IMG/VR virus record: IMGVR_UViG_3300042549_003657
Coordinates: 1 to 61,807 of that record
From: a virus
Lineage: Duplodnaviria; Caudoviricetes
Direction: 5' to 3' (one strand)
Length of the DNA: 61,807 bases
Part shown: positions 26,018 to 35,155 of the stretch, piece by piece
How positions within the stretch are numbered: position 1 is the stretch's first letter
Layout of the letters: the number at the start of each line of letters is the position of its first letter
The notes under the pieces: model-generated
Databases searched by the model: none
Told to the model about the DNA's origin: nothing
What the model saw: only the letters and a program-made list of their open reading frames with translations
Translations under genes and position numbers: made by a program

Positions 26018-29012
26018 CAAGCAGCTCCTTCGGGACACTGATCTGCATCACCTTCACGCGCATCGCGGGGCCGTCCGTCTTGGCCAGCATGTCTTTGCGC
26101 AGGTACTGAATGCGGAACTGCTGTGGGCCTTTCTGCATGTTCTCCAACTGACGCTTGAAGTCCGTGTAGCCAAAGCTCATAGACGAACAGTGCCGACGCA
26201 GCAGTGACTCCTCCACAAAGTACTCGACGTAGTTGCTGTGGTGCGTCCCATGCTCAATACGGCCCATCACCGTGTTCTTGGTGCTGGTCTTGCCCTGCAG
26301 GTCTTTGCCCAGGTCAGCGATAAGCTGGCCCATCGTGTCGAAGCGCAGCACAACGAACTTGCCGTAGAACTCACGGGTGTACTCGTTGAGCACATCCTCA
26401 GCCGTGCGCACAGACTTCTTGTGCGAAGAACGTGCAAGAGTCACAAGATCCTTCAGTGCGTCCATCACCGCCGCCACAGGCGACTCAATGATGTTGGCGT
26501 ACTTCGGCCCCAGCAGGATAGCGGCGGTCACAGTGGACGTGCAGCCAGCATGCCAGAAGCGCTCCTCATCGGCGAAGTCCATCGCCACGCGCAGCCGCTC
26601 GTGAACCTTGCTCCACATCTCCTTGGCCACGTCATAGTTACGCACAAGCCACCGCACCCAGGCTTCACCCGCCACGCCGTAATTCAGGCTCAACTCACGC
26701 AGGATCTCGCGCTCAGCCTTGTCGAACGACAGTTCTCGCGTTGGGTTCCACTCCAGCATACGCATCAGCTCACCGTGAGAGGAGTGCTTGCGCCCACCCA
26801 CCAACAGGTCAACCATGTGCGTGTTAGCCGTCATCGTGCAGGTCAGCGCCCAGGTGCTGTTGTTGACCCGTTCCCGGTTCGTGCCAGCCTCCATGCGCTC
26901 CTTGCCCTGGCCCTCAGAGATATCGAAAATCAGCTCAGGCGCCCACTCCGTGTCGTTACGAGTCTTGGTGGTGATCTCGTCGATCAACAAAGGCAGGCTG
27001 TTGAGCAGACCCGCACGCTGCTGCAGTGCCACGAACGAGGTGCCCTTACCTGTGCGGTAATGCACAGGATGTCCCCAGACTCCGGCCTTCAAACTCAGGG
27101 ACAGCGACTTGCCCGTGCCGCTCGATGTCGAGCCGATGTGCCACACAAACCCCTTGTGGTCGGAGAAGTGCATGAGCGCAGACCCGAACGAGTCCATGCA
27201 GAGCGCCAGCATCGTGTTCATGCCTCGGCCAATCAACAACTCCCAAGGCTTGCGCCAGTTATCAAGGGATCCTTTGCTGTTGGTGTTGCGGTTGATGTTC
27301 TCCATGCCGGGCATAGGCACCACGATCTCTGAGCCGTTAGGCTTGAAGACACGGTTGTTGTAGACGAAGGACTTGTCCTTCTGCCACCCGAACTGCAGCG
27401 GTACGTCCACCACCTTGCGCTCTTGCGCAGCGCTCTCTACACAGGCCCGAACGTAAGCGTACAGATGCGGGTCTGTCGCCTGTCCAAACGATGCGTAGAT
27501 GTTGTTCGACGCAAGGCACTTGAGCAGCTCATCCTTGGACACCACCGCCTTGCTGGGCATGATGACCTGACGATGCTCCATCGTTGCTGCACGACCTTCA
27601 GGCGCTGGGCCTACGGGGCGGATGGCAATCAGATGCACTTGGTGCTCTTGCTCTTGGCGCAGCATGTCCACCACAAACAGGTCGTGCGGCAGGATCTGAA
27701 TCTGCGTCTTGATCTCTACGCCTGTAGCATCTTTCTCCTTGACGTTGCGGTACACACCCCCGTGCTTGCCGTAGTCGAACCCGCGTGGGGGTGGTGGGCG
27801 CAGAACCGTGCAGGTCTTAAGGTTCTCAGGCAACCCGTCATCGACGTGGAACTCATCCTCAATATGGGTTTTGCTTTGCTCAGGCGCGTCGTCTGTGCTG
27901 TTGTGGATCGGGATCACCAGTTCCTTGGCCCGGTTGTCGGTGATGACTTCCCGCCCCAGCGCCAGGGCGTTAGTGATGGTGCCCCAGAACGGGCACTTCG
28001 GGCAGATACCGGGGTTCTCGCTGTCCATCTTGATGCAGGCGTAGGGGCCTTTGATCTCAGCGAGCTTCTGGTTCATACGCTCAGGCGTATACGGGTGCAG
28101 CTCGGAGAGCTTGTGGGTGAACTGCCCGGCATCCGTACACACCTTGGCCCAGGACAGCAGCCCACGCCACAGCGGCTCCATACCGTCTTGTTTGGCGTTG
28201 TTCTGGTAGAACTCCAACTGACCGCAGCCCACGCCCTTCTCAGACTTGAGCCAGATCGTCTCGAATCGCGTAGCGCTGTTGTTCAGCAAAGCCTCTGCCG
28301 CAGCCGATCGCTTAGCCGCAGCCTTACTAGGCCGTGTGCCCGCCAGATCAACACTGGTCGCTACGAAGTTGTTGCTGATCGGAGCGTTCTCCGCCTTAAG
28401 CACCCCTCGAATAGCCGCCCCAAAATGGCGGATGTCTACCTTGGCCGTACCCTCAAACAGCACCTTGACCGCACGGGGTGTCTCGTACTTGGCCTTGTTG
28501 TTGAACGTACCCGGTATGCGCAAGACTCGCGCAGCGTCAGCCGTCACCGTCATGTCGATCTCCAGCCCCTCCTGCTTGCACAGGCGCTTGAAGTTCTCGG
28601 CGATGGGCTTCCAACTGGTGATGTCGACTTCCTCAGTCAATGGCCAGTAGCAATGCAGACCGCCACCAGAACTGACCATCCACGGAACGCCAAAAGAGTC
28701 GAGGCCCGTCTTCTCAAGGAACGTCCCCAGCGCAACGGCGGCATCACGCTTGGTCGTGTACCCATCCATGTCGATAAAAATCGACTTGATGAACTGAGCG
28801 TTCTCTGCCTTGCGGCTTTTGTTTTCTTTGAACGTAGACAGGGCGAAGTAGATGTCCCTGGATGCGCCTAGCCACGCCTTAACCTTGGGGCGGATGTCGG
28901 GCAGGTCACTTACAAAAGCGTGCTCTTTTTTAGCTGAGCTGAGTTCCGCAACGCAGTAATACCCATGACCGGGCGACGGAAGCACCTCCGCTAGAAACTC
29001 AAGCGGTTTCAT
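25989..29012 (-). CDS. Primase-helicase (N-terminal primase, Cys cluster, DUF927 and P-loop helicase)
   Basis: FIDMD, SSGGGLHCYW and ARVLRIPGT primase motifs; C..CPKC; GSTSSGTGKS Walker A; LLIDE Walker B; GQGKER. Confidence 0.88.
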   Translation of the reverse strand: MKPLEFLAEVLPSPGHGYYCVAELSSAKKEHAFVSDLPDIRPKVKAWLGASRDIYFALSTFKENKSRKAENAQFIKSIFIDMDGYTTKRDAAVALGTFLEKTGLDSFGVPWMVSSGGGLHCYWPLTEEVDITSWKPIAENFKRLCKQEGLEIDMTVTADAARVLRIPGTFNNKAKYETPRAVKVLFEGTAKVDIRHFGAAIRGVLKAENAPISNNFVATSVDLAGTRPSKAAAKRSAAAEALLNNSATRFETIWLKSEKGVGCGQLEFYQNNAKQDGMEPLWRGLLSWAKVCTDAGQFTHKLSELHPYTPERMNQKLAEIKGPYACIKMDSENPGICPKCPFWGTITNALALGREVITDNRAKELVIPIHNSTDDAPEQSKTHIEDEFHVDDGLPENLKTCTVLRPPPPRGFDYGKHGGVYRNVKEKDATGVEIKTQIQILPHDLFVVDMLRQEQEHQVHLIAIRPVGPAPEGRAATMEHRQVIMPSKAVVSKDELLKCLASNNIYASFGQATDPHLYAYVRACVESAAQERKVVDVPLQFGWQKDKSFVYNNRVFKPNGSEIVVPMPGMENINRNTNSKGSLDNWRKPWELLIGRGMNTMLALCMDSFGSALMHFSDHKGFVWHIGSTSSGTGKSLSLSLKAGVWGHPVHYRTGKGTSFVALQQRAGLLNSLPLLIDEITTKTRNDTEWAPELIFDISEGQGKERMEAGTNRERVNNSTWALTCTMTANTHMVDLLVGGRKHSSHGELMRMLEWNPTRELSFDKAEREILRELSLNYGVAGEAWVRWLVRNYDVAKEMWSKVHERLRVAMDFADEERFWHAGCTSTVTAAILLGPKYANIIESPVAAVMDALKDLVTLARSSHKKSVRTAEDVLNEYTREFYGKFVVLRFDTMGQLIADLGKDLQGKTSTKNTVMGRIEHGTHHSNYVEYFVEESLLRRHCSSMSFGYTDFKRQLENMQKGPQQFRIQYLRKDMLAKTDGPAMRVKVMQISVPKELLDGEGTISVE

Positions 29013-29033
29013 GTACGGGCCTTTTCTTTTGGG

Positions 29034-29192
29034 TTATTCGGAGGCGGCGTCTCTGGCTTCAGCGTCGACGTACTCCTCTAGTCGGAGCATCAGCTCCGAT
29101 ACCCACTGCGCAGAAAGTTTGTCGGCGCCGGTTAGCCAACTGTACTTAAGCAATTCTTCGTTACTCAGGGATGTAGGTTGAATGCCTTGCAT
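29034..29192 (-). CDS. 52-aa hypothetical protein (absent from the ORF track)
   Basis: GGAG RBS; MQGIQPTSLSNEELLKYSWL...; fills the operon gap. Confidence 0.65.
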   Translation of the reverse strand: MQGIQPTSLSNEELLKYSWLTGADKLSAQWVSELMLRLEEYVDAEARDAASE

Positions 29193-29440
29193 ATCTTGCT
29201 CCACGCTTCTTCAGACGTTTTCGACGTCTGTAATATTTCAACGATCCGCTCTACCGCAGGGCGGTAGGCGACGAATACTTCACCGCCTTTCATCCAGTTG
29301 TAGACCGACTGGCGCGTAGATCCTACGGCTCGTGCGATCTTGGCGACTGGTACATCCAGGAATATGGCCCACTTTGCTAGGCGTGTTCCGAGTGAAAGCG
29401 GCTGATCCTTTATCTGGATAACAAACTTGGGGTGATACAT
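29165..29440 (-). CDS. Cro/Xre-like HTH protein
   Basis: VAKIARAVGSTRQSVYNWMKG helix-turn-helix. Confidence 0.8.
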   Translation of the reverse strand: MYHPKFVIQIKDQPLSLGTRLAKWAIFLDVPVAKIARAVGSTRQSVYNWMKGGEVFVAYRPAVERIVEILQTSKTSEEAWSKICKAFNLHP

Positions 29441-29521
29441 GGCAGCACTCGTGGCGGGGGGCGTTCGTGTGTTTGAAGCGTTTAAAAGTGAGGGCCATAA
29501 GTCCTCCTTCCCCCCAAAACC

Positions 29522-30508
29522 TTACTCGTCGTCCCAGTCACTCACCATGTCAGCAAGGGTACTCTTGCCTTCCACAGCGGGCTTCTTAGGCGCTTCTTTA
29601 CGCACGGCAGGTTCTTCGACTTCTTCCGGCTCCTCAACTACCGGAGCAGGTGCTGCCTTGGCCTTACGTGCTTTCGGCGCTGCAACTGCGGCAACTTCTT
29701 CATCCTCTTCCTCAACTGCAGGAGCGGGTGCAGGGGCAGGCTTGACCTTAGCAGGCGGTTTACCAGCCAGAGCTGCAGGAGCCTCGGGCGCTGCGTCCAT
29801 CTTAGCCACGGTCATCGTGATGGCCTTGAGGGCGTCGTCAGAAGCGGCTTGCTGCTCAACGATCTCGTACTCCTCATCGCTCAACCAACGCATCGCCTTG
29901 AAGTGCAGCTTGGGCGACTCGGACTTGGTGTCGAACTTCATACGGGTAACGACTGCCTCTGGGTTGATGCCTTGGGCCACCAGCCACCGAGCATACTCTT
30001 GCAGTGGGCGGTTATCCCCCTCGGCTTTCCCGAATATCGACGTAGCGGGCAGGGCCAACTGCAACACATCACCACTGATGTCGTTCTCAAGCACCACAGC
30101 CAGACGCTGTTGATAGCGGCAAGCGCGGCTGTTACCTTGGCCAGAGCCTGCGATGTTCTTGGGGCACTCAGCGCAGCGGGATGCCTGGGGGCTGGCTGCC
30201 TCGGAGCTAGGCTTGTCGCCGTCTGCTGACCAGCAGTCAGGGCCGGACACGGACTCAGCGTCATAGCTCTTCATGTAGAACACGCGGCTGACCTTGGAGG
30301 CTGCCTTGACCATGACGATGTCCAGGTGCCTGTCCTCGATGTTGGCAACCTCCTTGCCGCCAGACATCAAGCGGAACACGCCGCCTTTAATAGAGACACG
30401 CTTGCCACCGGCAGCGCCGCCAGCGAGTGCCTTGGCCATGTCCGACAGTTCACCCTTACGGGCGAAGGCTGGGACGTTGGATGGGTTGAAAACGGTTACG
30501 TTGCTCAT
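29522..30508 (-). CDS. Putative single-stranded DNA-binding protein
   Basis: RVSIKGGVF, PDCWS, CAECPKNIAGSG..RAC motifs; acidic/aromatic C-terminus (DWDDE); replication context; GGAGG RBS. Confidence 0.7.
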   Translation of the reverse strand: MSNVTVFNPSNVPAFARKGELSDMAKALAGGAAGGKRVSIKGGVFRLMSGGKEVANIEDRHLDIVMVKAASKVSRVFYMKSYDAESVSGPDCWSADGDKPSSEAASPQASRCAECPKNIAGSGQGNSRACRYQQRLAVVLENDISGDVLQLALPATSIFGKAEGDNRPLQEYARWLVAQGINPEAVVTRMKFDTKSESPKLHFKAMRWLSDEEYEIVEQQAASDDALKAITMTVAKMDAAPEAPAALAGKPPAKVKPAPAPAPAVEEEDEEVAAVAAPKARKAKAAPAPVVEEPEEVEEPAVRKEAPKKPAVEGKSTLADMVSDWDDE

Positions 30509-30660
30509 TGTTGTTCCTCCTTAGTGTTTGCTGCGGCTTCTTCTTGTGTACGGGCTTGTGCGATAAGCGTCTCGATCAGGCCGCTGACTTCAGCGTAAGG
30601 GCGCTGTGCCAAAGCGTTAAGCAAGACCTGGGCTTGCTGCTGGGTGAATGTGAAGTTCAT
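30505..30660 (-). CDS. 51-aa hypothetical protein (absent from the ORF track)
   Basis: MNFTFTQQQAQVLLNALAQRPYAEVSGLIETL...; stop overlaps the SSB start (ATGA). Confidence 0.7.
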   Translation of the reverse strand: MNFTFTQQQAQVLLNALAQRPYAEVSGLIETLIAQARTQEEAAANTKEEQQ

Positions 30661-30662
30661 GT

Positions 30663-31079
30663 TCATTTTGTGGGCTTTCTTACGCTGATCGCGTACTCAG
30701 AGTTACTGTTAAGTCCGGGTGGAACTACCCCGGGGTTATCTCTCAGGAAGGACGCCATGTTGGTCTGCGCGATGCGCTTTTCCAACAAGTCAATCGCATC
30801 GTTCTCAATCATGAACTGCCCAAGCGCTTCCCAGTCCTGGGTCGAGTAGCGCGTCTTGGTTGATAGGATGACGACCCCCTCCGCCGTGTTAACTGACTTG
30901 AGCCCAAGAGCCAGCATTTGGTCTTTGAGCGCCGTCTTCACAGCTTCTTGCTGTGCTTTGAGCGTCTCGACCTCGGTCTCGTAAGCCGTCGTCAGTTCTT
31001 GAATCCGGGCCTGCATCTTGCGATACACCCGGGCCAGCTTGTCCATAGGGATGCTGGCGGATTCGATGTCTTGCGTCAT
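30663..31079 (-). CDS. Coiled-coil protein, Mu Gam/gp157-like
   Basis: AGGAG RBS; N-terminal coiled coil, then DW..FM..DLLEKRI..PPGL motif. Confidence 0.65.
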   Translation of the reverse strand: MTQDIESASIPMDKLARVYRKMQARIQELTTAYETEVETLKAQQEAVKTALKDQMLALGLKSVNTAEGVVILSTKTRYSTQDWEALGQFMIENDAIDLLEKRIAQTNMASFLRDNPGVVPPGLNSNSEYAISVRKPTK

Positions 31080-31160
31080 TTTTCTCTCCTGTCCTTAGTC
31101 TTTATTTGTCTAACCTTTGACAATCATAGCCGTAATTTTGCGGCCTGTATGCCCTCTTTT

Positions 31161-33593
31161 TCAACTATTTTTAACCTCGCTATCGAACATGTCGACGAGT
31201 AGTGCGTGGTCACTTACCTTGGACGCCATAGCCTTGAACATCTTTTGCTCGATGGGGCTACTTTGTATATGCACCACAGTCACTTTGTCGGAGTTCTGCC
31301 CCTTGCGGTCGGCTCGCGCAATACATTGCAGGTACATCTCAACGCTCATCAGCGGGCCATAAAACACTACCGTGTCGGCAGCAGTCAGCGTGATCCCGTG
31401 TGCCGTCGCCTGGGGCTGCATGACCAAGACCTGAACATTGGGCGTGTGCTGGAAGTCGTTGATGATCGCCCCTCGCTTTGTCGCGCTCACGTCGCCGTGA
31501 ATCTGCGCAGTCTTGACGTTATTCTTCTCCAGGTACGTGGTGATCGTGTCGATACTAGAGCGGAACATTGCGAAGATGATGACCTTGCGGTTGGTCTCCT
31601 CGATGACCTCCATCAAGACTTTAAGCCGTGCTGAGGCATCGAATTCCACAATCTCCTTGTCGTCTGTGATCGCCGATCCGCACGACACCTGCAAGAGCTT
31701 GCTGACCATCACGCCCGCATTCACTGCGCTGATCGTCTCGCCGGCAGCCTGCACCAGCATCTGTTCCTTGAGCAGCTTGTAGTACTTCGTCTGCTGCGGT
31801 GAGAGCGCGACTTCGCGGGTGACTGTCGTGACGGGTGGGAGATCCAGGCACTGCTCCTTGGTGAACCGGATGGCGGGCTGCAAGACCTCGTGCACCAGCT
31901 TCTTGGACTCTGGCTTGGGTGCCCACTTGAACTGCGTGATCTTGTTCATCACTTTGTCCCGCCATGCCGTGTAGAACTTCGGCACACCGTTGGGGTTCAC
32001 CAGCTTGGCCAGACCGTAAGCGTCCACAGGCGACTGCGATGCAGGTGTTCCCGTCATCATCCACAGGTAGGTGTGCGGATGAATGATCGACTGCAGGGAC
32101 TTCCAGCGCTGTGTCGTGGGGTTCTTGTATGCGTTGCAGTTGTGGACTAGCCAATGATTCCCAACAAAGTAGTTAGGTGTTCCTTCAACTTCGAGGTTGT
32201 ATACAGGCTCCCCGTTTGGGCATTCGATATACGAAACACTTTCCACCCAAGCTCCGCCAGCTTGGCTTCCTTCTTCCGATCCTGCGCTTGCCGCGCTAAC
32301 AGGGTGTGACTGCCCCCGTCCACTTCCAGCCCCACTTTGAGGTGCGGCCACGCAAAGTCGAGCTTGTAGTTCGTAGGAAAGCCTTGCTGCCTCTTGCCCA
32401 ACGCTACTGGGTAGTTCCATGCCCACCCCACAGGTAAGACCTCGGAAATCAACTGTTCCATCGGCGTCATGCCCGTACCGTTCCCCCCGCGCACAATCGG
32501 CTTGTACCCGTTGGCTTTCGCTACTGCTGACAACTTCGCCCGATGTTCTGGCGTCTTCGGCCCCGACGTTTTCCCCCGTTGATCCGGCAAAATATGGTTG
32601 AAGTAGCTGGCTCCGGGATTCATTAGATGCCACCTCTTCCGTGCGCAAGATCTGGAACAGGTAACCCCAGTCGGAATCCCCTTCGATAGAAACCAAAGCA
32701 TCTGCGCTTTTTTGCGGCGGTATTCCGTCCCGCAAACGGGACAGCTCAGCGCCAGATATAAGCCGTCTTCCCGCAAGATTTTTGGCGCATACCCAACCGA
32801 CATCAGTAAAGAAGGGATGCTCAGGGGTACACCGGACGATTTTGCCGTTTCCAAGTTTGACCTCAACCAATTGCGTAGCAGTGTTGCGTACAAGTCTTTT
32901 TATACGCATTACTCCGTCAGAAGTCAAGACCGCGTCCCCGGCTTCTAGCTGTTCAATCGGGCGTCGCCCCTGCGGGGTGGACACTAGCGTCCCTGCTACA
33001 AAGCACTCATCAACAATGATCAGATCGAACCGGCCATCGTTGAGCACCTCGCGGTTGATAAGGTTCAGCCCTTCATAGTTGGTGATGACGAACTCATAGT
33101 CCCCCTGCACCAGTTCTATTCTGCGCGAGGCTTGCGCATGGTGGGCTACGACAGCGCTGCGGTGCATCACCGAGTTCATGATGTCCCCCATCCAGGCACT
33201 GTGCATGATCGACAGCGGGCACAGTATGAGCACGCGACGCACTTCACCCCGCGTCATCAGGTAGTCAGCCGCCCACAGCGCTGAGAGGGTCTTCCCGGTC
33301 CCAGGTTCGTTGAAACAGAAGGCTCGGCGGTGCAGCGTCAGGAACGACGCGGTGTCTACTTGGTGCTCCATCGGGCGGTAGCGCCCGGGCCAGTTGTACT
33401 TGCGCGTGATCGGCGAGAGTACCTTCTTGACGCCCAGGTTCTTGAGCACCCGCATCTCGTCGAGGCCGAAGAAAACAGCGACGGTGTAGCCGCCATTGCC
33501 GTGATCCTCAACGATGCGGCTCTTGGGTATTACGGTGTACTTCGCAGGGTTGCGCGTCTTGATGAGCACAGCCTTGTTGTCCAGAATCTCCAT
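31161..33593 (-). CDS. SNF2-family helicase precursor containing an intein (521 aa after splicing)
   Basis: NEPGTGKT motif I; IIVDE|CN motif II split by the intein; MTGTP motif III; HGITLT and QCIARADRKGQ motifs V/VI. Confidence 0.93.
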   Translation of the reverse strand: MEILDNKAVLIKTRNPAKYTVIPKSRIVEDHGNGGYTVAVFFGLDEMRVLKNLGVKKVLSPITRKYNWPGRYRPMEHQVDTASFLTLHRRAFCFNEPGTGKTLSALWAADYLMTRGEVRRVLILCPLSIMHSAWMGDIMNSVMHRSAVVAHHAQASRRIELVQGDYEFVITNYEGLNLINREVLNDGRFDLIIVDECFVAGTLVSTPQGRRPIEQLEAGDAVLTSDGVMRIKRLVRNTATQLVEVKLGNGKIVRCTPEHPFFTDVGWVCAKNLAGRRLISGAELSRLRDGIPPQKSADALVSIEGDSDWGYLFQILRTEEVASNESRSQLLQPYFAGSTGENVGAEDARTSGEVVSSSESQRVQADCARGERYGHDADGTVDFRGLTCGVGMELPSSVGQEAARLSYELQARLCVAAPQSGAGSGRGQSHPVSAASAGSEEGSQAGGAWVESVSYIECPNGEPVYNLEVEGTPNYFVGNHWLVHNCNAYKNPTTQRWKSLQSIIHPHTYLWMMTGTPASQSPVDAYGLAKLVNPNGVPKFYTAWRDKVMNKITQFKWAPKPESKKLVHEVLQPAIRFTKEQCLDLPPVTTVTREVALSPQQTKYYKLLKEQMLVQAAGETISAVNAGVMVSKLLQVSCGSAITDDKEIVEFDASARLKVLMEVIEETNRKVIIFAMFRSSIDTITTYLEKNNVKTAQIHGDVSATKRGAIINDFQHTPNVQVLVMQPQATAHGITLTAADTVVFYGPLMSVEMYLQCIARADRKGQNSDKVTVVHIQSSPIEQKMFKAMASKVSDHALLVDMFDSEVKNS
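32139..33005 (-). mobile_element. Intein (289 aa) in helicase motif II
   Basis: Block A CFVAGTLVST; block B CTPEHPFFT; block F VYNLEVEGTPNYFV; block G LVHN followed by +1 Cys. Confidence 0.95.
32147..32803 (-). CDS. Vsr/DUF559-like endonuclease with Zn finger and NUMOD3-like motif, nested in the +1 frame of the intein
   Basis: CPVC..TCSRSC; KTPEHRAKLS; MTPMEQ..YKLDFAW..GLEVDGGSH..QDRKKEAKLAELGWKVFRISN; frame open from 32893, first ATG at 32803. Confidence 0.88.
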   Translation of the reverse strand: MSVGYAPKILREDGLYLALSCPVCGTEYRRKKAQMLWFLSKGIPTGVTCSRSCARKRWHLMNPGASYFNHILPDQRGKTSGPKTPEHRAKLSAVAKANGYKPIVRGGNGTGMTPMEQLISEVLPVGWAWNYPVALGKRQQGFPTNYKLDFAWPHLKVGLEVDGGSHTLLARQAQDRKKEAKLAELGWKVFRISNAQTGSLYTTSKLKEHLTTLLGIIG

Positions 33594-33594
33594 C

Positions 33595-33834
33595 TTATTT
33601 CCCGTTATCGCTCACGTTAGCTTTCGGACTGCGCAGGCGCAGGTTGCCCTTGGTTGTCTTGCCCCCAGCGCGCAGCGGCTTGATGTGGTCGATGTGCTTG
33701 CCCGTGCGGTCTATGCCGGCCTTGTCGTAAGCTTGTCGAGCCTTCTGGCGCTCAAGCTGATCCTTGGTCTCGCCACTGGCCTTCTGCAAGGCGTAGGCAT
33801 GCTTGAAGTCGCGCTTACCATTCTTCTGGGTCAT
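33595..33834 (-). CDS. Small HNH-like protein
   Basis: HIDHIKPLRAGG...NLRLRSPKAN. Confidence 0.75.
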   Translation of the reverse strand: MTQKNGKRDFKHAYALQKASGETKDQLERQKARQAYDKAGIDRTGKHIDHIKPLRAGGKTTKGNLRLRSPKANVSDNGK

Positions 33835-34057
33835 CTTTCAATCCTTTACTTACGTGTGCCAAGTTGTTGAGGGTCTCGATGTCAGGAGCGAATCGCGTTA
33901 GCAAATGCTGCAGAAATAAAACACGCTCTGCTTCAGCGGCCGCTAACATCTGGCTAATATCCTTTGCGTCTAGCGTCACGCACGAAATGCGGTAGCCCAG
34001 CATGCTGCCGCTAACATTCAGGTCTAGCTGTGTTCCGTCTGTCAGGTGAAAACGCAT
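33815..34057 (-). CDS. Hypothetical protein
   Basis: 80-aa ORF filling the operon gap on the coding strand. Confidence 0.55.
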   Translation of the reverse strand: MRFHLTDGTQLDLNVSGSMLGYRISCVTLDAKDISQMLAAAEAERVLFLQHLLTRFAPDIETLNNLAHVSKGLKDDPEEW

Positions 34058-34066
34058 TTGCTGCCC

Positions 34067-34738
34067 CTAATGTCTAGGGTTAAATTCACACCCCGTCACT
34101 TGGCACCAGCGGCACAGCGGCGTCTGTGTGGGGTTCCATACATTGTTTGCAAAGCTGTTCTCAAGGCGGGCGGTTCGTTCGCGGTATTTCCACCACGCGG
34201 CATCGGCCTGCTCACGCATCATCTGCATCTTCACCATCGTCTCTTTGACGATGAACAACAGAGCGCTGTTCACTTTGCGGATGTGCGGGAAGTGTGCGAA
34301 CACCATGATCGACATGAGCACCAACTGATCTCTGTCGGGGTAGCGGTCATTGCCCGTCTTCCAGTCACCCACCCAGGCCACAAGCCCGTCATCATCCACG
34401 ATCAAGATGTCGGCAATGCCGCGCACCCACACATCTGGAGCCTTCCAATCGCAGGACTGTAGCTGTTTGTTCAGCGCCATCTCATGCTCGGCCAGCTTGC
34501 GCCCAGGCTTCTTGAGAATCGCGTCCACCACCGCCTGGAACTGCGCGTAGGCGGGCGGTATTGGCTTGTTGTCCTTGATGTACTCCTCCAGGGCCTTGTG
34601 CACCTCCACGCCGTAGCGTGTGGCATCGGTCTCTTGGAACGGGTACTTGCCCAGCACCTTGACCTCGTGATACCGCCGCGCACAGCCTTCGTAGTCCTTC
34701 AGCGCGCTGTGCGACCACCGGATGATTTTTTCAGACAT
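34067..34738 (-). CDS. PD-(D/E)XK exonuclease, Cas4/RecB-like
   Basis: WSHSALKDYEGC, RGIAD, DWKTG, QL, C-terminal CRWC...C. Confidence 0.87.
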   Translation of the reverse strand: MSEKIIRWSHSALKDYEGCARRYHEVKVLGKYPFQETDATRYGVEVHKALEEYIKDNKPIPPAYAQFQAVVDAILKKPGRKLAEHEMALNKQLQSCDWKAPDVWVRGIADILIVDDDGLVAWVGDWKTGNDRYPDRDQLVLMSIMVFAHFPHIRKVNSALLFIVKETMVKMQMMREQADAAWWKYRERTARLENSFANNVWNPTQTPLCRWCQVTGCEFNPRH

Positions 34739-34862
34739 TGGCCGTCTCCCTCGATGCGAGCCAGCAGTTCCACAACATCTTCACCAGCGTGCTGTCCCAG
34801 GCTACGCCGTGCGGGACACCGCTCTCGATACTGCACACCCACTGCTTGAACTCGTCGCTCAT
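34731..34862 (-). CDS. 43-aa hypothetical protein (absent from the ORF track)
   Basis: MSDEFKQWVCSIESG...MLWNCWLAS; fills the gap between two genes and overlaps the downstream start. Confidence 0.55.
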   Translation of the reverse strand: MSDEFKQWVCSIESGVPHGVAWDSTLVKMLWNCWLASRETANV

Positions 34863-34863
34863 G

Positions 34864-35145
34864 TCATTCCCTCGCGCTGTTGATTGCTTCGTTGAGGAGC
34901 TTTGCAAACTGCGTCACAAACTTCTCGTCGTTGTACAGCTTGTGCTGCATCTCATGCAGAACAGCGTGGGTCATCTCATGCCAGAACGTCTCGGATACGC
35001 TCTCTTCAGCGCGGTTCTTTGTGTAGATGACGATGGCCTTGGTGCCGTAATAGATCGCCCCGTACTCGCGGCCCCTGTCCTCATTGACGTAATGCACTTT
35101 GTACGGCGAGGCACCTACTTTGAAACTGCTTGGTTTGTATTGCAT
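34864..35145 (-). CDS. Small zincin-like HExxH protein
   Basis: GGAG RBS; ETFWHEMTHAVL..DEKFV. Confidence 0.72.
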   Translation of the reverse strand: MQYKPSSFKVGASPYKVHYVNEDRGREYGAIYYGTKAIVIYTKNRAEESVSETFWHEMTHAVLHEMQHKLYNDEKFVTQFAKLLNEAINSARE

Positions 35146-35155
35146 GTGAACTCCA

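Noticed and set aside
26238-28871. Long plus-strand ORFs (364 and 482 aa) opposite the primase-helicase
   Set aside because: Antisense shadow ORFs in GC-rich coding DNA with no recognisable motifs, unlike the intein +1 ORF, which has clear nuclease motifs.
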